In this document: piece by piece, positions 8,840-17,907 of the stretch
Position numbering within the stretch: the first letter of the stretch is position 1
Layout of the letters: each line of letters begins with the position of its first letter
NCBI GenBank assembly: GCA_900539265.1
Contig: UQBM01000001.1
Span: forward strand, 66,012 to 130,011
Length of the DNA stretch: 64,000 nt
Source: an uncultured Mollicutes bacterium
GTDB lineage: Bacteria; Bacillota_I; Bacilli_A; ML615J-28; CAG-313
Direction: 5' to 3'
The notes under the pieces: generated by a model
Databases searched by the model: none
What the model was told of the DNA's origin: nothing
The model's input: only the letters and a program-made list of their open reading frames with translations
Position numbers and translations under genes: made by a program

Positions 8840-9409
8840 TTAGATTAAACTACAAACTATAATTCCTAAAATAGCACATATTAAAATGGTAAATATCGCA
8901 TTAAGATTTTTCTTAAATATTTTTTTTACTATGAATGAAATAGTCATAATAATAAACAAAATAATCATTGAAGCAAGATTAAATTGAAAGGATGATAAAT
9001 TTATATATCCTATTGACTTTGCAAGTAAAATGAGTCCAGTAGAAAGAATTAAACCAAGAACGACACTATTTATTCCTAAAAAGGCAAACTTAACATATTT
9101 GTTATCCATAATATGAGTAAAAAATTTAGCAATTAAAAGAATGATAATAAAAGAGGGAAGAGTTACTCCAATAGTTGCCACGAGTGAACCGAGAAAACCA
9201 GAATGAATTGAACCGATATAGGTAGCCATATTAATTGCAATAGGTCCTGGAGTTGATTCACAAATACCAATAAAATTGTAGAATTGAGTTTCGCTTAGCC
9301 AACCATATTTTAAAACTGTTTCTTTTAATAGTGGAATCATTGCATATCCACCACCAATTGTAAAAAAACCAATTTTCAAAAATTCGAAAAATAAAAGAAG
9401 TAGCTCCAT
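8840..9409 (-). CDS. chrA: Chromate transporter (CHR family) short-chain subunit, second half
   Basis: 'MELLLLFFEFLKIGFFTIGGGYAMIPLL...ESTPGPIAINMATYIG'. I place the start at the ATG that overlaps the upstream stop (TAATG at 9407-9411). The longer ORF in the track (to 9622) overlaps the upstream gene. Confidence 0.85.
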   Translation of the reverse strand: MELLLLFFEFLKIGFFTIGGGYAMIPLLKETVLKYGWLSETQFYNFIGICESTPGPIAINMATYIGSIHSGFLGSLVATIGVTLPSFIIILLIAKFFTHIMDNKYVKFAFLGINSVVLGLILSTGLILLAKSIGYINLSSFQFNLASMIILFIIMTISFIVKKIFKKNLNAIFTILICAILGIIVCSLI

Positions 9410-9972
9410 TATAATGTTTTCCTTTCCTTTATCATTGATAATATAATACCGAGTACTGCTCCAATTAAAATTAAAAATATTGAAGAAAAGTTTAAAGCAA
9501 ATAAATCTAGAAGAACCATTATGAATATTACACTTATAATAATGATTTTTTGCCATATATTTTTCTTCATTTTTATAAACATATCTATCCCTGCTTTGGT
9601 TATTAAATAAGCGACAGCACATTTTATTCCTACAAAGGCATATTGGACATAGAGGTTTTCCATTAATTTGTTTAAAAACAAACTAATTATAAATATGAAT
9701 AAAAAAGCAGGAAATATTACACCAAGAGTTGAAAGCATACTACCCAATAATTTTCCTTTTTTATAGCCAATAAAAGTTGCAAGGTTAATTGCAATAGGGC
9801 CAGGGGTAGACTCGGCAATGCCACATATTTCTAGCAATTCATCATTAGTCATCCACCTCTTTTTTTTCACTACAATGTCATTTAATTGAGCAATCATTGC
9901 ATAACCACCACCAAAGGTAGTTGCTCCTAATTTTAAAAATGTTAAAAATAAATCTAGATAAATATTCATCAC
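9409..9972 (-). CDS. chrA: Chromate transporter (CHR family) short-chain subunit, first half
   Basis: 'FLKLGATTFGGGYAMIAQL...AESTPGPIAINLATFIGY', with multiple TM helices. Confidence 0.85.
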   Translation of the reverse strand: MMNIYLDLFLTFLKLGATTFGGGYAMIAQLNDIVVKKKRWMTNDELLEICGIAESTPGPIAINLATFIGYKKGKLLGSMLSTLGVIFPAFLFIFIISLFLNKLMENLYVQYAFVGIKCAVAYLITKAGIDMFIKMKKNIWQKIIIISVIFIMVLLDLFALNFSSIFLILIGAVLGIILSMIKERKTL

Positions 9973-10359
9973 TTATTTTCCTCCTTGAGACTAAAGTAAT
10001 TGTATCTTACAAATCATTATATCTATAAACGCTAAGAGTTTTTCTCGTTTATGTTTTAGTAATAATCTAATATGTTTACAATTATACGTAAAATCCTATA
10101 TAATTTTGTAATTGAATTTATTATACCACTTGTATAAGTATAAGTAAACTATTATAATTTTATAAAGTGATGAAAAAATTGATAAAGAATGTAATGAATA
10201 CTAAATAATACAACAAAGGATATCAGTTAATTTTATTTGTTATCTTGACTTAAGAAACATAAGAATGATAGTGAAAAATAGAATTATAAATATTAAAAAT
10301 ACATAATTATTGACATATGTCATAAATAAGAGTAAAATCATATTAAAGGAGAAAACTTT

Positions 10360-11127
10360 ATGCCTAGACCATTTAAGAAAAGATTTATTTGTCAAGAACC
10401 AAAATTTAAAAGATTTAATTGTATAAATAATAATGAAAAGGTTACACTAACAGTTGATGAATTTGAGGTAATTAGATTGATTGATTTTGAGTCACTTACG
10501 CAACTTGAATGTGCAGAACAAATGCAAGTTGCTAGAACAACTGTGCAATCAATGTATGATAAAGCTAGAAAAATAATTGCTGACGCACTTGTTAATGGCA
10601 AACAAATCATAATTGAAGGTGGAGAGTATCAATTGTGTGAGTACTATCAAAGTGGTTGCAAACATGGTTGTGGCAAAAAGTGTCAACTTCTAAATCTAAA
10701 AAATGAAAAGAAAGGTCTAAATAATATGAAAACTTTTATAGCAGTTACTTATGAAAATGGAAATGTATTTCAACATTTTGGTCACACAGAAGAGGTGAAA
10801 ATTTATGAAATAGAAGATAAGAAAATAGTATCTTCAAAAATCTTATCTACCACTGGCTATGGTCATGGAGCTTTAGCAACTTTTTTGAAAAATAATAAGG
10901 TTGATGTACTAATTTGTGGTGGTATTGGTGGGGGAGCTCAAGCCGCCTTGATGAATGCAAATATATCTTTTTTTGGTGGTGTAACTGGGAAAGCTGATGA
11001 AGTTGTGGAAGCATATGTCAAAGGAACTTTAGAGTATAATCCAGATGTAAAGTGTAATAACCATGAAAATCATAGCGGACATAATCATAGTTGTAGCGGA
11101 GAAAATTGTGCCAAAGAACATTGTTAA
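10360..11127 (+). CDS. DUF134 (UPF0251) DNA-binding domain fused to a NifX/NifB-type (dinitrogenase FeMo-cofactor-binding-like) domain, with a His/Cys-rich tail
   Basis: N-terminus: 'MPRPFKKRFICQEPKFKRF...LTVDEFEVIRLIDFESLTQLECAEQMQVARTTVQSMYDKARKIIADAL'. C-terminal half: 'IAVTYENGNVFQHFGHTEEVKIYE...VDVLICGGIGGGAQAAL'. Tail: 'CNNHENHSGHNHSCSGENCAKEHC'. RBS aaaggag. Confidence 0.75.
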   Translation: MPRPFKKRFICQEPKFKRFNCINNNEKVTLTVDEFEVIRLIDFESLTQLECAEQMQVARTTVQSMYDKARKIIADALVNGKQIIIEGGEYQLCEYYQSGCKHGCGKKCQLLNLKNEKKGLNNMKTFIAVTYENGNVFQHFGHTEEVKIYEIEDKKIVSSKILSTTGYGHGALATFLKNNKVDVLICGGIGGGAQAALMNANISFFGGVTGKADEVVEAYVKGTLEYNPDVKCNNHENHSGHNHSCSGENCAKEHC

Positions 11128-11141
11128 TATAAAATTATTTA

Positions 11142-11175
11142 AAAAGTCATTAAAAATTTTAGTGACTTTTATTTT
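11142..11175 (+). terminator. Weak rho-independent terminator
   Basis: aaaagtca (11142-11149) pairs with tgactttt (11163-11170), followed by a T-rich tail. Confidence 0.4.
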
Positions 11176-11362
11176 ACAAAATTTTTATAAAGCACTGAAC
11201 ATCTTTCATCAAATTTTTATAATTTATATGTAAATATAATGAATGAAAGTTCTTGAAGTTACTTGTTAAAAAATACCCATATATTGTTTAAGATAGGATT
11301 GAGATTATTTTTTAAAATTTATCATTGGTCTTTGTTAATTAAATAATTTTGATAGAGTAAAT

Positions 11363-11391
11363 GAAGAAAAGCATCACAAATCAATGATGCT
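11363..11391 (-). terminator. Rho-independent terminator for the vWA gene
   Basis: On the minus strand, agcatca and tgatgct form a stem (11370-11376 / 11385-11391) followed by TTTTCTTC. Confidence 0.5.
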
Positions 11392-11421
11392 AGATTAATG
11401 ATGCTTTCCGTTAAATTAGTA

Positions 11422-12807
11422 TTATGATAAATTGGTTAGAACTGTATCACAACAATTAAAGTCATAGTCTATGTAATTAGCAATGAAGCTTACTCTAAAC
11501 TTTCTAGGTGTGCACATCATATTGAATGAATTGGTAACGTTTAAATCTTCTGGTAGGACAAATTTAATACATTTGATAAGTATATCTTGACAAGTATTTT
11601 GAGTATGGGCTGGTATGGTTAGAACTTTAAATCCTCTTTTATATTCTACATCAAAATCATCCACTTCATTTAACATAACTGCTAAGGCTACTCGTTTATT
11701 TGGACAAACGTTTTTAATTGTAGTATCAATTTGAAGAATTCTACCTAAAGAAGTTAGTTCAATGTCGCCTGCATCAAATTCAATAGAATCTTTGCAACCA
11801 GTTATTTCTAAATCAACCTTTGTAGGACATGGTTCTGTGATTACAGTGTCATCACACTCAACTAAAATACTTGGATCTGGGAAGGTTACTACATTTCCTT
11901 CAGAATCGGTATAATCAATATCTTCATTGACTTTTATTTCACCTGTGCAAGGTCCAATATGTTTAACGGTAAACTCTAATATTGCACCTTCAGAACCGGT
12001 TACACCTAGTTCATCAATTTTCCATTCAACCGTTGTATTATTTAATTTTATAGCATTTCCAATGTTTGGTGTATCAATATCAGTTATTTCAAAACAATCA
12101 TTTATTGTATCTGTAAGTACAATATTTGTTGCACCGGTTTTAGAAATATTTTTTGCCAAATCTTCAAAAATATTTTCTAATTCTTCATCATCAGGTGTAA
12201 TAACTACATAAGCACTATCAGGATCAGATGCCCATGCATTTAATGCATTTACATCAATTCCAGTTTGTCCAGATAGACCAATACTATAAATAATTATTCC
12301 TTGTGATTTAGCTAAAGTGGCAACAGTATTAGGATTGCCACCTGCTGTAGTTAATCCATCGGTAAACATGATCATTACTTTTGCATTTGTTGATGTTGGT
12401 TCAAATAATTGTAATGCTTTTGTAAAGGCATCTGCATGATTTGTAGATCCAGATGCTGATAAATTATCTACAGCCGTTTTTAAATCATTAACTGAAGTTA
12501 TTAATTGTGTATCTTGAGTTGCTGTAGTTGAAAAACTTACAATACCAATTCTACTTCCACCTCCTATTTGTCCATCATGTGAGCTATCAGTTGATTCATC
12601 AATAATATCAATAAACTTTTTAGCTCCATTTTTTAAATTTGCAAGGGCACTACCAGCCATACTACCAGATCTGTCTAGAATTAAAACTATATCTGTAGGA
12701 TTGGTTGTAATATCAGGTGAAGCGGTTAAAGATAGAGTAACTTTAAACGATTCATTACATGATATAGTAGTGGCATTGACTTGCTTGTTGGAATTTGTTA
12801 TTCCCAT
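11422..12807 (-). CDS. von Willebrand factor A (vWA) domain protein with a Cys-rich C-terminal region and no signal peptide
   Basis: It has the MIDAS motif 'DIVLILDRSGSMAG', plus 'VMIMFTDGLTTAGG' and 'IIIYSIGL'. A beta-rich segment follows, then a tail containing 12 Cys. The N-terminus (MGITNSNKQVNATT) is not hydrophobic. Confidence 0.8.
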   Translation of the reverse strand: MGITNSNKQVNATTISCNESFKVTLSLTASPDITTNPTDIVLILDRSGSMAGSALANLKNGAKKFIDIIDESTDSSHDGQIGGGSRIGIVSFSTTATQDTQLITSVNDLKTAVDNLSASGSTNHADAFTKALQLFEPTSTNAKVMIMFTDGLTTAGGNPNTVATLAKSQGIIIYSIGLSGQTGIDVNALNAWASDPDSAYVVITPDDEELENIFEDLAKNISKTGATNIVLTDTINDCFEITDIDTPNIGNAIKLNNTTVEWKIDELGVTGSEGAILEFTVKHIGPCTGEIKVNEDIDYTDSEGNVVTFPDPSILVECDDTVITEPCPTKVDLEITGCKDSIEFDAGDIELTSLGRILQIDTTIKNVCPNKRVALAVMLNEVDDFDVEYKRGFKVLTIPAHTQNTCQDILIKCIKFVLPEDLNVTNSFNMMCTPRKFRVSFIANYIDYDFNCCDTVLTNLS

Positions 12808-13225
12808 TTTATCAATTCCTTTCTGAATCTATTTTAGATTCATTATATTTTATGAATAAAGTAAAAAAAGGTATGGGGGCATAAAACGTTATCTATATTT
12901 TTTTAAAAATAATTTATTTATAATTATTATGAAAAACATTTTAGTTGAGATTAAAAATAAGTAAAATTTTATTTTAATATATAATATAATAGTTTCAATT
13001 CATAAAGTTATTATTGATAAAATAGTTGAAAAGGATAAAAATTTAGTGTATAATAATAAAGAAAATGGAATGAAAATATTATAAATTCTTAAAATTGTGC
13101 AAAAATAAAATATGATTTAGTATTGTTTTTATGTTATTGTTTCTTGATTATTTCCTACTTTTTATTAAAAAATTAAAAATAAATATTTTAAAAATTGATG
13201 ATAATAGGATTAAGTGGTGATATTG

Positions 13226-13534
13226 ATGAGAAAAGAAATAGATGAAAATTTATTATATTTGATTTATTCAGTAGTAGAAGAAATACCAAGAGGAAATGTT
13301 GCTACTTATGGTCAAATTGCAAAATTAATAGGTAGAGAAAATAATTCTCGATTTGTAGGTAGAGCTTTAAAAATGTCTCATTTGTATGGTGAATATCCTT
13401 GTCATCGCGTTGTTAATCATAAAGGTAGAGTTGTAATTGGTTGGGATGAACAAATCACATTACTAAAAGCAGAAGGTATTTCATTTAAAGATGAATATCA
13501 TGTCGATTTAAATAATTATAAATGGAGAGTTTAG
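13226..13534 (+). CDS. MGMT-family (methylated-DNA-protein-cysteine methyltransferase DNA-binding/active-site domain) single-domain protein
   Basis: 'IPRGNVATYGQIAKLIGR...RFVGRALK...YPCHRVVNHKGRV' includes the PCHRV active-site motif. There is no N-terminal Ada/Ogt domain. The start could instead be the GTG at 13214. Confidence 0.75.
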   Translation: MRKEIDENLLYLIYSVVEEIPRGNVATYGQIAKLIGRENNSRFVGRALKMSHLYGEYPCHRVVNHKGRVVIGWDEQITLLKAEGISFKDEYHVDLNNYKWRV

Positions 13535-13570
13535 ATTTTTAAAAAATATTAAGAATATAGTGGTAAAAAT

Positions 13571-15139
13571 ATGAAAAGAATATTAAAGTATGAATCTAAA
13601 AGAAAAATAAATAAACAAAGATTTAAATTTTTTTTACATAAAGGTGGAGCAGTTAATTTTTTTTTAATTTTGGCAACAACTATTTATATTATAGCAAATA
13701 GTATGAAGCAAATTATAGATACTATAAATAAGAATGAATTAACTTTTATTTTTGCTACTATTTCATTAATAGCAGCTATTTTTGCTTTAATTGCCCAAAT
13801 TATTAAGTTTTGTCTTGATTGGAAAAAGTTTTTTTCTCCAGTAGCCAATGTGTATGAATACAAAAATAAAATAAATAAAGATTATGTTTTAAAAATCTTT
13901 TTTACAAAAGAGGATAAAGCATTATCAGAAAAAGCTTTACAAAGTGGATATGTTATTGCTAGAAGAGAAAATTCGAGTTATATATATTCAGATAAGGTAA
14001 ATGAACTCCTATTTAAAGGAAAATATGATTTAAAAGTTATTATTAAAAATAAAATTGTAACTGAAGAAGAACAAATTGTGCTAGCATCTATTCTTCAAAA
14101 ATATGTTGAATCTAAAGGTAATATTTATAATGATCAATTACTAGGTCAAGTTACGGATTTGTTTATAGACTTACCAAAAGAAATTGTTTTAAATAAGACT
14201 TGCTATTTTAGTAATAAAGCAACTAATGATATTGTATATTCTAAATTTTGTTCTAAAACGAAACAAACATATGAATTTAATGGTTATAAATTTACTTTAG
14301 ATGCCAATAATCAATTATATGATTTAATTGATTCTAATGCGGCCAACATCATAGGTGTTTCAACTATTATTTTAACAAATGATAATCATTTAATTTTATC
14401 TATTCAAAATAGTAATAGTGATGAATCTGCTGGTTTAATTGTTGCAACAGGGTCGGGTTCTGCAACTGTTAAAGACTATCAAAAAAATCAATCATTTTAT
14501 GAATTTTTGACAACAGGAATGGAAAGAGAATTAATTGAAGAAACCTCTAATTCTTTAAGGTATCAAGATTTATCTTTATGGTTTAGAATTTTTAATCAAA
14601 ATAGTATTAGAAAATATAAACATCAAGAAGAAAAATTACAAAATAGATTAAAAGAATTATTTAAACCAAATAGTACAAAGGTTTATTGTTATAATAGAAT
14701 TTTACATCGAGGTGGTAAACCAGATTTTTTTGGTATCACTAAAGTAAATTTAACATCAGCACAAATTAAACCACTCATAGATGATTGTAACATTCATACT
14801 AAAGAATTACTTATAAACGAACTGAAGTTAGTATTGGATAAAAGAAAAGATAAAATAGATGAAGTTTTAAAAGCCCATGATGTAATGCTTTCTAAACTTA
14901 ATAATGGAACTATTATAGATGGTAATTATAGTGTTATTAAAGAATTTATTGATTTAAAAAAAGAAGTAACAAAAAATTATAAACTTAAGTTTCGACCATT
15001 GGAATATGAAAATTTAGGACTTTTTATAATTAGTTTAGATAGTTTAAAGAATATGACGTTATTAAATGATAATACAATATTTTCTTTACAAGTAGAGTAT
15101 ATGGTTAAATGTTTATTAAAGGTTATTGAAGAGATTTAA
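13571..15139 (+). CDS. Hypothetical membrane protein with an N-terminal 2-TM module and a divergent Nudix-like domain
   Basis: Two hydrophobic helices (VNFFLILATTIYIIANSM; LTFIFATISLIAAIFALIAQIIKF). The Nudix-like stretch is 'IGVSTIILTNDNHLILSIQ...GSGSATVKD...TTGMERELIEETS...RGGKPDFFGITKV'. The CDS is solid; the function is an inference. Confidence 0.4.
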   Translation: MKRILKYESKRKINKQRFKFFLHKGGAVNFFLILATTIYIIANSMKQIIDTINKNELTFIFATISLIAAIFALIAQIIKFCLDWKKFFSPVANVYEYKNKINKDYVLKIFFTKEDKALSEKALQSGYVIARRENSSYIYSDKVNELLFKGKYDLKVIIKNKIVTEEEQIVLASILQKYVESKGNIYNDQLLGQVTDLFIDLPKEIVLNKTCYFSNKATNDIVYSKFCSKTKQTYEFNGYKFTLDANNQLYDLIDSNAANIIGVSTIILTNDNHLILSIQNSNSDESAGLIVATGSGSATVKDYQKNQSFYEFLTTGMERELIEETSNSLRYQDLSLWFRIFNQNSIRKYKHQEEKLQNRLKELFKPNSTKVYCYNRILHRGGKPDFFGITKVNLTSAQIKPLIDDCNIHTKELLINELKLVLDKRKDKIDEVLKAHDVMLSKLNNGTIIDGNYSVIKEFIDLKKEVTKNYKLKFRPLEYENLGLFIISLDSLKNMTLLNDNTIFSLQVEYMVKCLLKVIEEI

Positions 15140-15148
15140 AAACAAATA

Positions 15149-15191
15149 AAATAGGTATATATTATGCGAAAAGGATATACCTATTTTTTTG
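15149..15191 (+). terminator. Rho-independent terminator
   Basis: ataggtatat (15151-15160) pairs with atatacctat (15175-15184), followed by TTTTTTT. Confidence 0.7.
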
Positions 15192-15226
15192 TTGTCAAAT
15201 TTTGCAAAAATATATATACATTATGG

Positions 15227-15255
15227 TTGACATTTATAATAATAATTCGTATAAT
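15227..15255 (+). promoter_or_regulatory. Sigma-A-like promoter of the regulator-potABCD operon
   Basis: TTGACA (15227-15232), a 17-nt spacer, then TATAAT (15250-15255). Confidence 0.55.
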
Positions 15256-15315
15256 ATGATGGTGTTTAGAAATATTAAACAAAAAGTTTATTTTAATAAA
15301 ACAAAAGGAGGAAAT

Positions 15316-15849
15316 ATGACAATTGGTAATAAGATTAAAAATCTTCGAAATCTTTGTCAATTAACTCAAGAAGAATTAGCAGATCGCTGTGAGTTAACGA
15401 AGGGATATATTTCTCAATTAGAAAACGATTTAACTAGTCCATCAATTAGTACGTTAACAGATATATTGGCTGCTTTAGGTACTAATCTCCATGAATTTTT
15501 TAAAGAAGAAGAAGAACCACAAATTGTTTTTACTAAGGATGACTATTTTGAAAAAACCTCCGATGATGTGAAAACGATTTGGCTTGTTCCTAATGCGCAA
15601 AAAAATGAAATGGAACCTATATTATGTGAATTAAAACCTAAGGCAGAGGCAACCTTAGATATGCCTCATGAAGGTCAAGAATTTGGTTATATCTTAGAAG
15701 GTAGTATTACAATTGTTTATGGTAATTATAGGTATGTTTGTAAAAGTGGAGAAACTTTCTATTTTACTACTGATAAAAACCATTATATTTATAATCATAC
15801 AAATCAGATTGCGAAAGTTATTTGGGTTAGTAGCCCACCAAATTTTTAG
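15316..15849 (+). CDS. XRE-family HTH + cupin domain transcriptional regulator (PuuR-like)
   Basis: '[53 protein letters not shown]' is followed by a cupin-like C-terminus ([14 protein letters not shown]...GETFYF). The start is the ATG after AAAGGAGG. The track ORF start (15202) lies upstream of the predicted promoter. Confidence 0.8.
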   Translation: MTIGNKIKNLRNLCQLTQEELADRCELTKGYISQLENDLTSPSISTLTDILAALGTNLHEFFKEEEEPQIVFTKDDYFEKTSDDVKTIWLVPNAQKNEMEPILCELKPKAEATLDMPHEGQEFGYILEGSITIVYGNYRYVCKSGETFYFTTDKNHYIYNHTNQIAKVIWVSSPPNF

Positions 15850-15854
15850 GTATT

Positions 15855-17090
15855 ATGGAGGAAATGATGGTAAATAATAAGTTAATTGAATTAAAAAATA
15901 TTGTCAAATCGTATGATGGTGAAATAGTTGTTGATCATATGAATTTATATATTCGTGAAAATGAATTTATTACACTAGTTGGTCCTTCAGGATGTGGAAA
16001 AACAACTACCCTTAGAATGATTGGAGGCTTTGAAAAACCTGATGAAGGTGAAATTATTATGAATGGTCAAGTTGTAAATGATTTACCTCCTCATAAAAGA
16101 CCGATTAATACTGTTTTTCAAAAATATGCACTCTTCCCTCATCTTAATGTTTATGGTAATGTTGCATTTGGTTTAAATAATCGAACATATCAAGAATTAA
16201 TAGATTTTTATACTTTAGAGAAAGTAAATAAGAAGGTAGAAGAATTATATCCTAAAAAAGATATAGAAAAAAAACCATCTAGACTACAATTAAAAAAAGC
16301 TATCAATGCATTGATAGATGAAAGTGTTAAGAATGCTCTTAAGATGGTTAATTTAGAGGGATATGAAAAAAGAAAAGTTGACTCAATGTCTGGCGGTCAA
16401 CAACAGCGAATTGCAATCGCTAGGGCTATTATTAATAAACCTAAAATATTACTTTTAGATGAACCACTTGCGGCACTTGATTTAAAGCTTAGACAGAATA
16501 TGCAATATGAATTAAAAGAGATGCAAAGAAAATTAGGTATTACCTTTATTTTTGTTACGCATGATCAGGAAGAGGCTTTAACAATGAGTGATACAGTAGT
16601 TGTTATGAGTAAAGGGGTTATTCAACAAATTGGAACACCAGAAGATATTTATAATGAACCTAAAAATTCTTTTGTTGCAAATTTTGTAGGTGAAAGCAAT
16701 ATTATTCAAGGTATTTATAACGGAAATAAACAAGTAACTTTTATGAATCAAACTTTTGAGTGTGTTGATGAAAACTTTAAAATTGGTGAAGAAGTTCAAG
16801 TAGTTATTAGACCAGAGGATTGGGATGTAGTACCACTTGATAAAGCAAAGTTGATTGGTAGGGTTGATGCCTCTGTTTTTAAAGGTGTTCATTTTGAGCA
16901 CTGTGTAATAATTCAAGAAAAAGAACTCATCGTGCATACATATGAATTTGTTAAAGTTGGTGAACAAATCGGTCTAAATGTTGATCCTTATGAGATTCAT
17001 TTGATGAAAAAAGAAATGGTCGATGCTGAAGAAGTTTTAGAAGAAATTTTAAATGCTGAGGATGGAATTGTTGAAGATGAAGAGATTTAG
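15855..17090 (+). CDS. potA: Spermidine/putrescine ABC transporter ATP-binding protein with an insertion in the helical subdomain
   Basis: Walker [10 protein letters not shown], signature SGGQQQR, Walker B LLLDEP, and a PotA-type C-terminal domain. GGAGG at 15857-15861 suggests the real start is the ATG at 15864 or 15867. Confidence 0.9.
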   Translation: MEEMMVNNKLIELKNIVKSYDGEIVVDHMNLYIRENEFITLVGPSGCGKTTTLRMIGGFEKPDEGEIIMNGQVVNDLPPHKRPINTVFQKYALFPHLNVYGNVAFGLNNRTYQELIDFYTLEKVNKKVEELYPKKDIEKKPSRLQLKKAINALIDESVKNALKMVNLEGYEKRKVDSMSGGQQQRIAIARAIINKPKILLLDEPLAALDLKLRQNMQYELKEMQRKLGITFIFVTHDQEEALTMSDTVVVMSKGVIQQIGTPEDIYNEPKNSFVANFVGESNIIQGIYNGNKQVTFMNQTFECVDENFKIGEEVQVVIRPEDWDVVPLDKAKLIGRVDASVFKGVHFEHCVIIQEKELIVHTYEFVKVGEQIGLNVDPYEIHLMKKEMVDAEEVLEEILNAEDGIVEDEEI

Positions 17091-17907
17091 TAAATTATCA
17101 ATTCCATATTTAATTTGGATGATACTACTAGTAATGATTCCCATTGGTATTTTAATTATAATGGCTTTTCAAAAAACTAATGGTATCAAAATTTTTGAGG
17201 GTAAACTAGATTTTAATAATTTTAAAGTTCTTGCTACACCAAAAGTTATTGAATCTTTGTGGCTTTCATTTTTATATTCTTTAGTTGCTACTATTTGTTG
17301 TATTATTATTGCTTATCCAATTGCGTATATTATTGCAAGAGCACATTTTCATAATCGCTTTTTGGTTTTATCATTTTTAGTTCTTCCAATGTGGTCTAAT
17401 ACTTTACTTAGAACTAAAGCAATTGCTAGTTTATTTATGGAAGGGAATATTATTTCATCTATGTTTGCAAAAATTGGATTAATTTTGCCTACTTTAGATT
17501 TATATGGTAAACCTCTTGGGGTTATTATTGGAATGGTTTCCATGTATTTACCTTTTATGATTTTGCCAATTTATACAGTGCTTGAAAAAATTGATCATTC
17601 TTTATATGATGCAAGTGATGATCTTGGAGCTAATTCATTTAAAACTTTTTGGAAAGTAACTTTTCCAATTTCCTTAAAAGGAATTATTACGGGAGTTATT
17701 CTTGTTTTCTTACCATGTGCTACTGGATTTGGAATTGCTGAGGGTCTTGGTGAATCAGGATTAATTGGTACTTTTATACAACAACAATTCGGAAATAATT
17801 CAACATATGGGATTGGCGCTTTAATATCATTGGTTATTCTAATTATTATTACCGTCTCTTTATTTATCGTTGGAAAGGTTGATAAAGAAGGAGAGACATT
17901 GTTATGA
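17077..17907 (+). CDS. potB: Spermidine/putrescine ABC transporter permease
   Basis: A multi-TM permease with an EAA-like loop ([29 protein letters not shown]). I chose the ATG at 17077 ([12 protein letters not shown]...); the gene overlaps the potA 3' end. Confidence 0.85.
   Translation: MKRFSKLSIPYLIWMILLVMIPIGILIIMAFQKTNGIKIFEGKLDFNNFKVLATPKVIESLWLSFLYSLVATICCIIIAYPIAYIIARAHFHNRFLVLSFLVLPMWSNTLLRTKAIASLFMEGNIISSMFAKIGLILPTLDLYGKPLGVIIGMVSMYLPFMILPIYTVLEKIDHSLYDASDDLGANSFKTFWKVTFPISLKGIITGVILVFLPCATGFGIAEGLGESGLIGTFIQQQFGNNSTYGIGALISLVILIIITVSLFIVGKVDKEGETLL

Noticed and set aside
9410-9622. A 71-codon N-terminal extension of the second chromate-transporter half (the 260-aa version).
   Set aside because: It overlaps the upstream chrA-half coding sequence in another frame. 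The conserved domain begins at MELLLLFFEFLK, whose ATG overlaps the upstream stop.
15202-15315. Upstream extensions of several ORFs in the track: 15202 for the XRE-cupin regulator, 23018 for the membrane protein, 23880 for copA, 27725 for tadA, 32444, 34757 for dnaE, 46819 for groEL, 50011, 50687, 55153 and 60119.
   Set aside because: In each case an internal start codon with a good Shine-Dalgarno sequence matches the conserved N-terminus of the family. The extension either overlaps the previous gene or lies upstream of the predicted promoter.
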